Shown here piece by piece: positions 27,490 to 39,680 of a stretch of 64,000 nucleotides of DNA (positions are counted from its first letter, which is position 1; every line of letters begins with the position of its first letter). The DNA lies in assembly GCA_904063045.1 (NCBI GenBank), contig CAJFCJ010000007.1, forward strand, positions 1,050,819 to 1,114,818. Reading direction: 5' to 3'. A model generated the notes under the pieces. It made no database searches. It was not told the origin of the DNA and was given only the letters and a program-made list of their open reading frames with translations. Origin of the DNA: Dimorphilus gyrociliatus. Taxonomy: Eukaryota; Animalia; Annelida. Both the position numbers and the translations under genes were made by a program.

Positions 27490-28618
27490 GCCACCTAGGT
27501 GGGTAGGGAGTGAAAAAAAAAGGCAGAAAATTACGCCAGAAATCGACTTCAGACAGAGGCAAAGGGTTAAAACGTCAGTTTCTTGATAGCCTTCTTCTTT
27601 CTCACACCTTCCCAAGTGGCGAACCTATACAAAAGAGGGCGTTTACGGTTGGTGTCCCCTCTGACTAGGCACTCGAATAAAAACTCCCCTCTCTTTATAT
27701 ATATTATAGCTACTAATAGGTTTTACATATAGAGCGTATTATACATTTAATCATTGGCGCCATCTGCATTTCATCGCAAGCCCTAGGAGAACCCCCGCAA
27801 ACTTAATGAAATTGCGATTACGGTCTTTAGTCGCCATCAGTCATCCGCAGAATTATAATGTCAGTTCGGTAAAACAGAGTTTAGCGGTGGCCGACTAGCA
27901 GCCAACTATAGAATATAATTAAACACACGCCTTAATATAAATAAGAAATCTATAGCGGTATGCAAAGATTTTCCTTTTACTTCCCTAATTCTCCGTAATC
28001 GTTCGGCCTTTATCAAAGCTACGGACGAACGAAACGACGCTTAAGATAAGATCTCGCACGGCTGTAAACAGGTGCATCACAAGCCGTCTCTTACGCAAAA
28101 TTTATTCACCGATGCCATCTGTTTGATTTTTATCGTTTTTCTCTTCACTAAAAAATAAACTATTTCCACTGTAATCACGAACTGTCCACCTTCGTATAAG
28201 ACGACCGATAACATAAAAGACGCTAATTACCGAGGAGAATTTAAAACGTTTTCACTTTTTCCCTTTCTATCTTTGTGCCGTCCACCCACTTCATTCTTCA
28301 AATATTGGAATGTTTTAAGAAGCCTCTTTTCAATTACTTTCTTTATCCAAAAAATAGGCGGGGGGAAGGGAAGGCAAAGGGGAAAAGAAATATAGAAATA
28401 TAGACAGAAAAATAGAAGCTGCTTCTCTCATTTCAAAAGAAAAAATTAATAAAAGAAAAAAAAGAGAAAAATGCTACTTTTTTTATTATTGTTTACTTAA
28501 CACGTGTAAGATTGTTTTCACGTAGAGGAAAATGCGTATGTGTATATGTGCGTATGTGTATATATCTATGTAATAGGCGATAATACCCAATAACACTTAA
28601 ACTGTAACGCCATCTAGT
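27490..28618 (-). promoter_or_regulatory. Array of four same-orientation CTCF-like motifs
   Basis: GCCACCTAG at 27490, GCCATCTGC at 27759, GCCATCTGT at 28114 and GCCATCTAG at 28609; each reads YAGRTGGCR on the minus strand. Confidence 0.5.
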
Positions 28619-31288
28619 CTGTTAAACTTGAACCTTCTTCTACTTTTCGAGTGGAACGTTGTGATTTTTTGGCTACGCTATAGATAAGAAATCTTATATG
28701 TTAGGCTTATATATATATATTACAATATACTAATACATTACTAAAAACTATATGTATATTTATATCAAATAATGACGTAAGTTTAGTAATGCATAAATCG
28801 GTTTTGGCTATAAATATTAATATATCTGTCAAACTAAAAGTGTACATAGAAAATTTGTATCGGTCGGTGAATGCAAACACCTATAGTATGAACGTACTAA
28901 GTATAAAGAACATATTGTATATGAATATATCTATGTACTTGACATATATAGATACACTTTACATGCAAATACATTTATCAAATAAAGAACGTTCAGTCTA
29001 CGACGATAGTCTATCCATTCTAGAATATTATTTAAACATATGTGATATGTGTAGACTGCTCGTCTATTTATTTAAATATATTTATATAAAAAATATGTAA
29101 GTCTTATTTATATATATATAATTTATATACAGTATATTTATCTATATGCATAAGTCGAACAAAGTTTGTCCATGTCTCAAATCAATTATTTATCCTGCTT
29201 GAAGAACGTCATCGGCGGAGATTTAGAGTTGTCTTTACGCAGAGTGCGCTTCATTTATATATATTGATTGCCGCTTTAAATATAATACGGAAAGTATAAA
29301 CGCCGCAAAATGCAGTGCCACGTCAGTTTAGCAAAGAAACGCTATCTGGGCGTCACTGTGCAGCTGGCATCAACCATCTAGGGAATTTGATAATGTCAAC
29401 AGTTTGTGGTGAAAGTCTATTGTTGCTGGACTCGAGCCCTGATTGAGGCTGGCAATTTGCGAAAGACGCCCATTTGACGCCCTCGCGTAGCATGTTAAAC
29501 AGGCCGTCCAGAGGCGTCGCATGTACGGTATACACAACGCAGACGACCGGATGTAGTAGCAAGTGGAAAAACGTGTCGACGCTGTGCGTAGCCTACACTA
29601 ATGGAAGGCGTCTAGCATTCAGGCGTCGATTCTAGCAATATATAGTCATTGTAGTCACCTATGGTGCATGAAGTAGCGATATGAAACACGAAAACATCAT
29701 TAAAACTCGTCATACTCTGTCAGCCTCACATATAGCCTTTCTATGCATGTCGTCGTTTTTTAAAGCATAGATTGCGCCCCTCCGTGAACTTCAAAGCGTT
29801 CCGGAAATGAATAAAAACATCAACTTTTCTAGCTCTCTTCAATGAATGATGCTTTATGCCAGTACGTCACTATTCCACATTTTTGCCGGCTCCAATTACG
29901 CGTAAACATACACAATATGCAGTAATCACCAAACTCTATGTAGAAATGCCCCAAAACAACGCGATAGGAATACTAAACACTTCCTTTATTCTAATGTATA
30001 AATAGAATTGAATAAAATTACATACGTTATGTACTTTGATATTGAAATCCTATGACATATATAATACATCTATCCCTCTACAATCTAAGCATAGATACAA
30101 AAAAGAGAAATTAGAAAAGAACGTGCAGTAGGTTGGGGCTTAAACGATTGCCCGCTTGCTTCTGCAATGTATATATACTTTCTAATGCGATAAAGCTGTG
30201 TTCTCCTCGTAAATCTTATTCGTAATGAGCGGTTAAAACCTTGGTCGGAAACTTGTTGACCTATAACCTTCGATAGATATACAGATAGGCCATTTATAGT
30301 CGAATTTTCTCTTTCCCTTATTAACTAAGTTCTTTTTATTTTTTTTTTGTTAAAGCAACCTCGATCTGTAACAGACAAGTTTAGAGTTTTTTTTTATCCA
30401 ATGGAATCTCAGAAGCAGATTATCTACATAAAATTGTTATTTATACTCATTTATAACTCATTTATTTACTTATTGAATAAAGTCTTTTGTAAGTAGCCCA
30501 ATTTCCTTCTTCAAGTTTCCCTAATGAATTATCAGATGTCAAATCTGTTAATCAGTATCACTATACATACGCCTATAAATTAGGCTTTCTCTGTATACGT
30601 ACATTATCTCATTTTATCTGATTGCCATAGGGGATTTAGGGAATTGTCTTTCCTCAAAGATACGTCATTGAAAGGTGGAACAATTGATATAATTAGATAA
30701 TTAACGGAGCTTATTCTACTTTTCATTTTAAAACTAAATGGACGAGGGGCAAGTCTTGTAAGAGTTGCTTGTACTATGTAAGTTTAACGGTTGATATATA
30801 CCAGCTGATCTTCTGGTTACTAGTGAAACTGTTAGAAAAAAAAACTTGCACTAGATCGGGCTGGCGGATAAGAGGAAAGGAAACTTAGAAGGAGTTTTAT
30901 TGAAAATACACCGTCGACACTTGAAAAATTTTTCCAATGTTTTTTATCTGTCTGTCTATCTTTCTTTTTCCCCTATCTAGTAGCTCTTTCTTTCCGATTT
31001 TTCTTACATACACCACCATTTACTGTCATTCTCCCTCCTTATTCCTCTTTATCTTTCGTTTTTTTTCTTACCTCTCTTGTTCTTAGCTTCCACAATGTTT
31101 TATTGCGTTTATATTGCCTTCTTAACCTCCGCTTATTTGCAACCACTGACTGATTACGTAAACCCCTTCCCTATCTTAACGATTGTATAACGAAGAGAGT
31201 TTGGCTGCTGGAACGGTTTAACCCAAAAGCTTAAGTAAATCTCTCCTCAAGCTAATTATGTTTTACAATTTAGTACGAACTTGAAAAT

Positions 31289-31309
31289 GGCGGGGTTCGA
31301 TCCCCCGTC
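31289..31309 (+). other. tRNA T-arm-like hairpin / RNA Pol III B-box without a recognisable tRNA body
   Basis: GGCGGGG-TTCGATC-CCCCGTC: 7-bp stem (one G-U pair) around a 7-nt TTCGATC loop. No D-arm, A-box or acceptor stem upstream. Confidence 0.4.
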
Positions 31310-32377
31310 AACCAGACCGTGTTAGCTGTACGTACAAACAGCTGTCTTAGTTTGTAGCAGATCTAGACACTTTGCTGACTGATGAGCGAATGATTGATTA
31401 TACTATAGGAGCTACTATACTCTTTCAGTTAATCTCTATACGCTTGTATACGTACGTCTTAGTTGCACGCATGTGCATATACTGTACACGAGTAGCGCAC
31501 GGATAGTATTATGTAGTTGATTTATTGCTAATCAATTATATAATTATTCACGTTTTTAAACATTTTGTTATCTCCCTGGTAAGATATATTTATTTTCGTT
31601 TTATCGGTTATGTTAGACTCTGCAGATATATTTGTAACGAACTGAACCTACAAGTATGTATTCTGTACGAGTTTTTAAGACAAGTATAAAAGGTTCTTTC
31701 TTCTTAGATCAGCCTATATAGCCGATCGTCTGGAAAAAAATATCATATATTAGAGTATTTGAACAAAAAGCACGTATATTTGACAAAGCGCTAAGCTTCG
31801 ATGCTGGCGTGATTGATGCACGCTCTTGCGGCGCATATGAGCGAAAAATGTATCTGGACAAGGCATTCTTTCACAAAACATTATCCAGAACAATATGTTA
31901 CCTCTGTAGGTGAGCTTTGAATAGAAAAAAGTACAAAAAAAGACACGCTTTTTATTCTATAGAATAAAAAGAAGTAATAGAATTATAATATCGCATAAAA
32001 TTATTATTAATATCTTTGTTATCATTGTTATTATCATTATTATTATTATTATTATATCTGTAAGTATAAGACTATTCTACAGTTTGATTCGTTATCTGAT
32101 TGCATGTATTCAAATTGGCCCATCTGCCGGCGCCACATCAATCTAAATGCCAACAATCGAGCCTTTAAAAAAGCTTTTCAGCACTTTATCACATAGGCCT
32201 TTTGACTCAGTGAGCGGACAAGACACGTTTGGCATGCAGCGCCGCAATTGGCGGGCATACGTAATCAAGTAACCAATGAGAGTGTGCTATCGATTCTACA
32301 GAAGCTTGTAGTGAGTGAGAAGGTACAAGAGCGTGACGACTGAGTTTGTGTTTCACTCATGATAAGCGAGCAAACTA

Positions 32378-34365
32378 ATGGCGTCTTATGCGCAGTTTAC
32401 ATATTCTTCTGTGACCTCTGCCCCGGTATGTTCCCTGTTTCTCTTAAATAGCTAGAGAAGGAGCAGTAGCTTTTCCTCTTTTTTTTTCCTTACTCTCTTT
32501 TCACTGTTTTTTTTTTACTAATACGTTCTCCTCACTTTCTCTTCTCTACCCTAATAAAACAGCTGCTCGCCCCTTCAACATCGGCACCTTCGCCCTCCAC
32601 CTCCTCTTCACCTACAACGAATTCTTGTTGTGATGGAACTAGGACGGTCTTCACCGATCCAACGACAGGACAAGCCCTATGTTCCTGCCAATATCCGGCA
32701 GCACTGCTTTCATCTAGGATAGCTGCAGGTTTAGGATCCGACTATACGTCTTCCTACGCTTCATCACAGTCCTATGTCAATCCTTTCACGGATTCCTTTT
32801 ACGGACCGTTGGTGAGTGAAATTTATTTCTAAAAATGACTAATAGTACCAACAATAGAGAATTGAGGGGTAGCTCAGGGGGAGGCAGTGAACAAAAAAGG
32901 GGAAAAAAGAAAACGACGTCCGACGTCACAAAGCAATAGTCATGCACAAGTGCAAGCTCAATAAAGCACGAGAGAGGCATAAGCGGCGCAGAATGACGAC
33001 TAAATTGAGTTAGTGACGGCGCGCTTTAGTGTATATACATTGAGGCGTCTACTGACGAGCGCATAGCATGACGCTTCTACTTTGCCATTTTCATGAGACA
33101 GTATATAGTGCGGTTTAATGTCATTAAAGGATTGTAAGTTTTCGTGCTACATATTTTTTTTGTCGTTTAGACGGCTTCTGCTTATGCGGCCGCTGCAGCA
33201 TCAAATGATCTTAAAGACGCAGCTTCTTCCGACACGGTTTGGAGATCGATTCCTCAACCTGCAGCCTATTCCTCACCTTATCATTACGACGCTGCCATGA
33301 CCCCATATGCCTACAATGGGTATGGAATATCTTCTTTTTATCCCATTCCGCCCCTGTCCCAAAGTCCCTAATTACAATGATTGTTTCATAACTCTTTTTC
33401 CTCCACACTATCCTTTTTCCTTTAATACAAAAAAGAAGAAAAAGGCTTGGATACAAATTAACCATTTTTTTCTTCCTTTCCTTTGTTATTAGTTACGGTG
33501 CCGTTGATTTAAACGCCAAGCGTAAAAATGCTACGAGAGAATCGACAAATACTCTAAAGGCTTGGTTGTACGAGCATAGGAAAAATCCTTATCCTACGAA
33601 GGGTGAAAAAATCATGTTGGCAATTATAACGAAAATGACGTTAACCCAAGTTTCTACTTGGTTTGCCAACGCTAGACGGAGATTGAAGAAGGAAAATAAA
33701 ATGACTTGGTCACCTAGAAATCGTTCAGGAGACGACGCCGAGAGCGAGGACGATGACAAAAGTAACAATAACGATGACAAACAGGGGTCGGATATAATAA
33801 GCATCGATGGAGGTAAGAAAAAGGCTTTTAATTTTTTAGTAGAACAATTAGAATATACTATCTATATTAATAAGAGGAACGGACGTAATTAGGCCTGTAT
33901 ATATTCACAGATAGGATAGATAACGAAAAGGCCATTAACGGCGAAAAGACAGAGAGTAATAAAGATAAGCCGCGAATTTGGTCTCTAGCCGACGTTGCAA
34001 CTTCATCGAATCCACCATCTAGCTCAACAGCAAGGATTCAATTAGGTAATTCATGGAGTACATATGGTCTAACTAAACTACGGCTACCCTCTAATTTTCA
34101 CCGACCTATGGAGGCAGGGAACTCTGTGAACGGTAGGCTTTTACCTATTTATTCACTTAACCTTAATTTGCGTAAATGCTTATAATAAATAGCTAATATC
34201 ATATTGTTTAAGTGAACCTTATCAACTTAAAAATTCTCGACTTAATCATTATGAATAATTCTTTTTATCTGTTTATATTTAGAGTGCGAACCTGGAGAAA
34301 TTAAAATCTCTACCCCAAAGTCTCATTTTTCAACGAATAATTCAATAAGATTAGGCAAAACATAG
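32378..34365 (+). CDS. Irx: Iroquois-class TALE homeobox protein, cluster gene 3 (Irx-c), most canonical
   Basis: Exons 32378-32425, 32563-32811, 33171-33320, 33493-33812, 33911-34132, 34283-34365 (last tentative). N-terminus MASYAQF; [20 protein letters not shown] motif; homeodomain [26 protein letters not shown]...[14 protein letters not shown]; IRO box [11 protein letters not shown]. Confidence 0.95.
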
Positions 34366-34540
34366 GCTAAAATTTCAACTCGACGCGATTAAATGTCCGT
34401 TCGTTAAAAGCAACTTGGCGTCTATGGAATGGCGCACGGAGTCATTGACAACCTGACTGCTATATGTATACATTTAAATTAAATAATTGTATTCTTGTAA
34501 TATAATATCTGTACTATGTGGAAAAAAAAAACTAATGGTA

Positions 34541-34542
<2 letters not shown>

Positions 34543-34571
<29 letters not shown>

Positions 34572-34722
34572 TGTATTTACTTACTTAAAATATAAAAAGT
34601 ATGAATCTACAATGTGTAATATACTAATACAAAATTACTATAATTTATATAAATATACATATTCATATATTAATATATTTATATATATATATTAATATAT
34701 ATATATATATATATATATATTT
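34543..34722. repeat. (AT)n microsatellites downstream of Irx-c
   Basis: TA runs near 34543-34570 and 34680-34720. Confidence 0.8.
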
Positions 34723-37700
34723 ATTTATAATTTGTGCTTCCATTCTCGAGCAAATATATATAAAATTTGTATTTATATATTTATTCATATAATCTTTACA
34801 TGTGCTTGTAAATACTCTTATTTTGTCACAAAATGATATGCATGCTAGACGAAAAATGGATTTAAAAAAACAATAAAAAACTCAATGAATTCTTCTTCTT
34901 TATAAAAACAATATATGTGTGTCAATGAAATAAGCATAAAATGCTTAAGTAAATAAATAACAAATTAAGGATTTAGTTGAATAGGTAAAGGTGGGTGGAG
35001 GAAACTGAAAAAAAAAGAGAAGAATGGAGATTAAAAGAAGGAGAAAGGAGAAAATTAAAAAGGAATAATTCTCTACTTGAGACGTAAAATGACAGCATTT
35101 TTTCTCGTTTTCAAGTGTTTACTTAATTTCAAATATTTAAGAAATATTTTTCGTAAGATAGGAGTAAAACCGAACTTAGAAAGTATAACCGGAGGCTGTA
35201 TATCGCGACACTTGTGAGGGCTTTAGGTTCGATCGGGATTAGTAAATGTGAAAGCTTTGCCTAAAGCATTTTGTAGCAATTCCATCCGAGCAGGGGTGGT
35301 AGGGGGTAAAGGAATGAAAAGATAAGAGAAAAAGAATCCTTAAAGCCTTTTAACCCTCAAATTAGCAGGAACTTTCATTCTTTATATCTTAATCGTCTAT
35401 TATTTGTTTTTACTTCTGTTCATATTATAACGACACTCATTCACTTCGATTATTCGAGAAAAGAAAAGATATGAATAGAAAAAAGAGAAAATTTAGCACT
35501 TTTTAACCCTGCATAGGACTGAAAGGGGAAATAGTGAAACCCATAAAATATACAACCTGATAACATGTTCGAACAATAGCAATAGCGGTAAATGTACAAG
35601 AAAATAGGTGGAGTTTAAGCGTATGAAAAGGAGAAAAGAGGTGTGCAAATAGAGAACGCGTGAAGAGTCGCCTGGAGCTCGAGTACGGGCTCTAAGCTGC
35701 CAGGTCTTTTTCATTCACCGTCAAATAGAACTTAACTACTATTTGCTTCACACAAACAGCTCCGCACTTAACAAAACGGCAGCCGTATTTATATGAATGC
35801 CGATGAACAATTATATTGGACTAATCGCTTCAACGAGTTGAAAATTTTGGACAAAAACATAAAGGAAAGAAGAAAATGGTAAAAGTGAACTAACAGAAAA
35901 AATGTGTAGTGTAGGTATGTGTATTTACTTATTGAAATCGAAGGACATTGAGTGATAAGAAGATAAAGGACACACGCAAACACGCAGATGGAAGTAAAAA
36001 AAAAAGGGATAAGACGACGTGGAAGGGTGTTAGGGTTATAAGGGAGAGAGGGGTGGAATATATACTTGGCAGACAAACACTTGTCCTTTCACACGCGGGG
36101 CAACCCGAGCATAAATCAATCCAACCGTTTTTGCGCAGCTCGCCAATTGATGAGGCGAAAGAATGGATTAAGGCAAATGTTTCTAATTAGCTCAAATGCG
36201 GGGCGGCCTGTAATCTGCTAGTGTTTAAGTAGAGCCGCTCACGGATCGTTGAATGCACTGCAACTCTTTGAATATATGATGTATCTCTACGTATCTATAT
36301 TTTATTAGCCTTTAACTTTCTTTTCTAATTTTCTTTCTTTTTTTTCATCTCATTTCCTTCCGGAGGGAGTCTGGCATCCCTGACTCTTTTTCCGTAATGT
36401 CATCTCTTTCATTCATTCGATCTCTCTATCTACAAACTATATACACCGTGTTTTACATTGCCCTAATTCTGTTATTCTCTTTGTGAGAATTTAAATAAAT
36501 TTTCAGCACCACAACGTTTACTCAATGCCGTTTCGTTGCTGCAGAGAGTGAGTATCGATCAAAGTTCAATGGGCGACTGCTTTTGTGTTGGACGCCAAAC
36601 TTTCAATGTAGTATTGATGCAAAGCTTTCGGGCTCGTTAATCCAAATAATTAAACAAACCCGTCGAATTAATATCTGTATTCTCTCTCTCTCCCTCGCTC
36701 GCTAACTCTGTGTCTGTCTATTTCCCTGAAGCGCATGCGTTTATACGTCAGGTCGTAAAGTTCGATGCGCTAATTGCCCTTGGAAACATTGACCGTCGTC
36801 TTCCGGCTAATCAGCGTGCAGTCGCTTTTATCCTCCTTTACAGAGCCTCAATTAACCAAGTCCGAAGTCTAACGAGCTCGCAGAATTGCACGTGTAGACG
36901 CCCCGCCTCTGTTTCAGAAGCCTGCTGTGCGCTCGAGGCAAATTATTACATTTCTCCTATATCTCTCCTAGTTGATTGACGTAATGGGTAAAATGTTCAG
37001 GAGCCGGAAAGTTAGATACATAGCTTGTGATGAAAGATTTATACATATTAAAAGATGTAGAATTGTTGTTTATACATTGGTTTTGTGTACTGTTAATGAT
37101 TTCGTTGTTTTCAGTCGATAGAGTGGAAATTTTTTTTTTTGTTAAAACTGCACTGCTTCATGAGAAAGGAGTAATTCGTCTACTGCAATTATTTTAAATG
37201 TATTCCCTATTATTCTCACAAACCCCAACATTTTACCGCATTTATGAAAAAAAAACGGTTGTTTTCAACATTTGTTCGATTTGATGCAATTATGTGCCAT
37301 TTGCGTTTATGCTGATTACCCTTCCGCACGCTTTTCTACTGCAATTGCGACCGAGTTGCAATGGTGCGGAATTCTTTGAAATGACAAACAATCGTAGACG
37401 CGTTTATCCAGATAATCTTCAATCAGAATGTTCTAAGCTCGCCAATCGACCGGCATTTTCGAGTGGCAAACTTTGCCAGATTCTTTTTCTCTATTTAATA
37501 CTCAACTAAATACACTCTCGCTATACCAGTATATATCTTCGTAAACCAGTTTGCCTATATACTATACATATACACCCATATTGTAACACCATTATGTGTA
37601 TATTGACATTGGCACCATACACGCAGGTGCGATTACTAATTTAAAACAATATCCAACAGATTTATACAGTCAAAATATTTATAGACACTGCTTAATTACG

Positions 37701-39468
37701 TAATTTCAACACGCAGTGAGGGTCCTTTCCGTAAAGTGAATTTTTCTATAAATATATACATGTATTTATTTCCATAAAAGCAAAAAAGTGCTTACCCTTT
37801 TAACGGGATTTTTTTCATATATTGCTGTACATACTGATTGTCCGTATTATTCCATATTTTTTACTTCATGTATATACTCTTACATCTGTTTTGAATATCT
37901 TAACTGATAAGCTTTTATAGAGATTTAATGCAATCAGGCCTAGTGCTATCACATACAAAAACCGTTCACCGCGTGTGATTTACGAGTGTTGTTGGTCGTA
38001 CGGACAGTTTAACAGAAAGATGACACGCTTGATAAGCAAACGATGTCAAAGTGCGCATCATCCATACAAACAGCAGCTACCGATGAAAAACAACGATTGG
38101 GGTGGGAAGAAGAGCGAATATAATATTTTTGAAAAATTGATAGAGAGAAAAAATAACGAATAAACGAACGAATTGGAAGCAAAAGGAGGATAGAGAGAAG
38201 AGAAAAACAGAGGAGAGACCATCGTCGATTGGGGAAGGGCATAAATTTCAATTTGCTTCGTTTATCGGTGCTAAAGCGCGGTTTTATCGGCGAAAAAGTT
38301 TTGATAGGCACTCGGAGAATACTCGTTGGAAGTCAATAGATGATGTAATATAGTATAGAAAACAATGGATCGTTGAGCGGACTGGAGTTGGCGTTCAACT
38401 TCCTCTTTAGTTACTGTGCGTATACAACTTAATACAAGTTATATGCTATGCACATAAATATTATTTGTTGAGCATATAGAACTTAATTGTTAATAGTTTT
38501 TAAACGATAATCCGGTATTGTTCCTTACACAGGTACATATATGGAGCAAAAGTAGTACAATGTATCCCTAACTAATAACACATTTCGTTCCTGTCATTTC
38601 TGCCTGAACGAGGGCGAAATGTCATAAATAAACACCGTCGAGTTGATTTGTTTACTCACCACGTATGTATAATAGAGATTCGCTAAGAATAACAAAGAGA
38701 AAAAGAAACAATTAAATAGAAATTTACTATATACAGTAAACGACAAAAAAAACGTTGGCGGATCGAAAGTTGATTGACAAGGTATTCGAACCTTATCAAC
38801 GGTAAACACGCGCTGCTCTAGTTAATATCGGGCTAATACAAGGTGTTATCAATAAAGTCTTTGTTCTTCTTGTCTAATCATAGCCACTATCTAGATAAGG
38901 AACGAAAACAGCAAATGTTTTCTCAATACCTTCTGTCGCTCTGGATTGGTGAGGGTGACAATGTTCTGACAAGTAAGCAGATGCTCACTACTATCAGTTT
39001 TCAGACAACAGCCGTCGGGGAGCGGTAAATTAACTAGGCGATAAAGAAACGCATTTACAGAACAAAGAGTAGAAAACTGTAATCCTTCGCAGTCACTATG
39101 TAAACAACTATGCCCTCATTTTCATTGATTAGCACCATGCGCCCGGTTGCCGTTCTGCGCTATATAGAAGCGCCGCTAACATTTCTGTCAAAAGTGTAAT
39201 AGCTTCCGAAGGCGTCACTAAGCGTTCAATCAAGATCTAGTTGAGGAAAATGACCGTCATTAAACGCACGCACATTTGAAAACGCCGACACTGAGGTGTG
39301 TTGCGCATGTTTCGCCTATTATAAGAGTGCTTTCGAATTGATTTAACAGCGCCATACTGTTTTCAACATCACAATGCAATCGTTGAGAAAAAGTCGTATG
39401 AGCGCTTCTTTTAAAAATCCTTTTCGTATTATCTAGTTATAAGGTGATGGCTTAAATCACAACAACCA

Positions 39469-39480
39469 GCGCCATCTGTA
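39469..39480 (-). promoter_or_regulatory. CTCF-like motif at the right edge of the Irx domain
   Basis: GCGCCATCTGTA, i.e. TACAGATGGCGC on the minus strand, about 200 nt from the TLK stop codon. Confidence 0.5.
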
Positions 39481-39680
39481 GTTTTAACCACGAACTAAAA
39501 ATATTCTTTTTTTTTTAAATTCTATATTGAAAAAATATCAACGTTTTAACTTTTTAAATTGTAAGGAGCGCACATCTTTGTGTTCTTACTCATCACAAAA
39601 TCATGCTTTTATGTTGAAAGAAAAGACTAATTGGGTTCGTCGAACGAAAATACTGAAGAAGCCTCTTGTCCAACCAATTT

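Noticed and set aside
31240-31320. tRNA gene
   Set aside because: Only the T-arm is present; there is no acceptor stem, D-arm or anticodon arm.
24400-32300. A fourth Irx gene, Sowah exons or a known miRNA hairpin in the large gap
   Set aside because: No WFANARR/KNPYP/IWSLA codons, ankyrin motifs or recognisable mature miRNA were found by eye; a computational search is still warranted.
13000-39500. ACATGT / ACAnnTGT putative Irx autoregulatory sites
   Set aside because: The number seen is about what base composition predicts.
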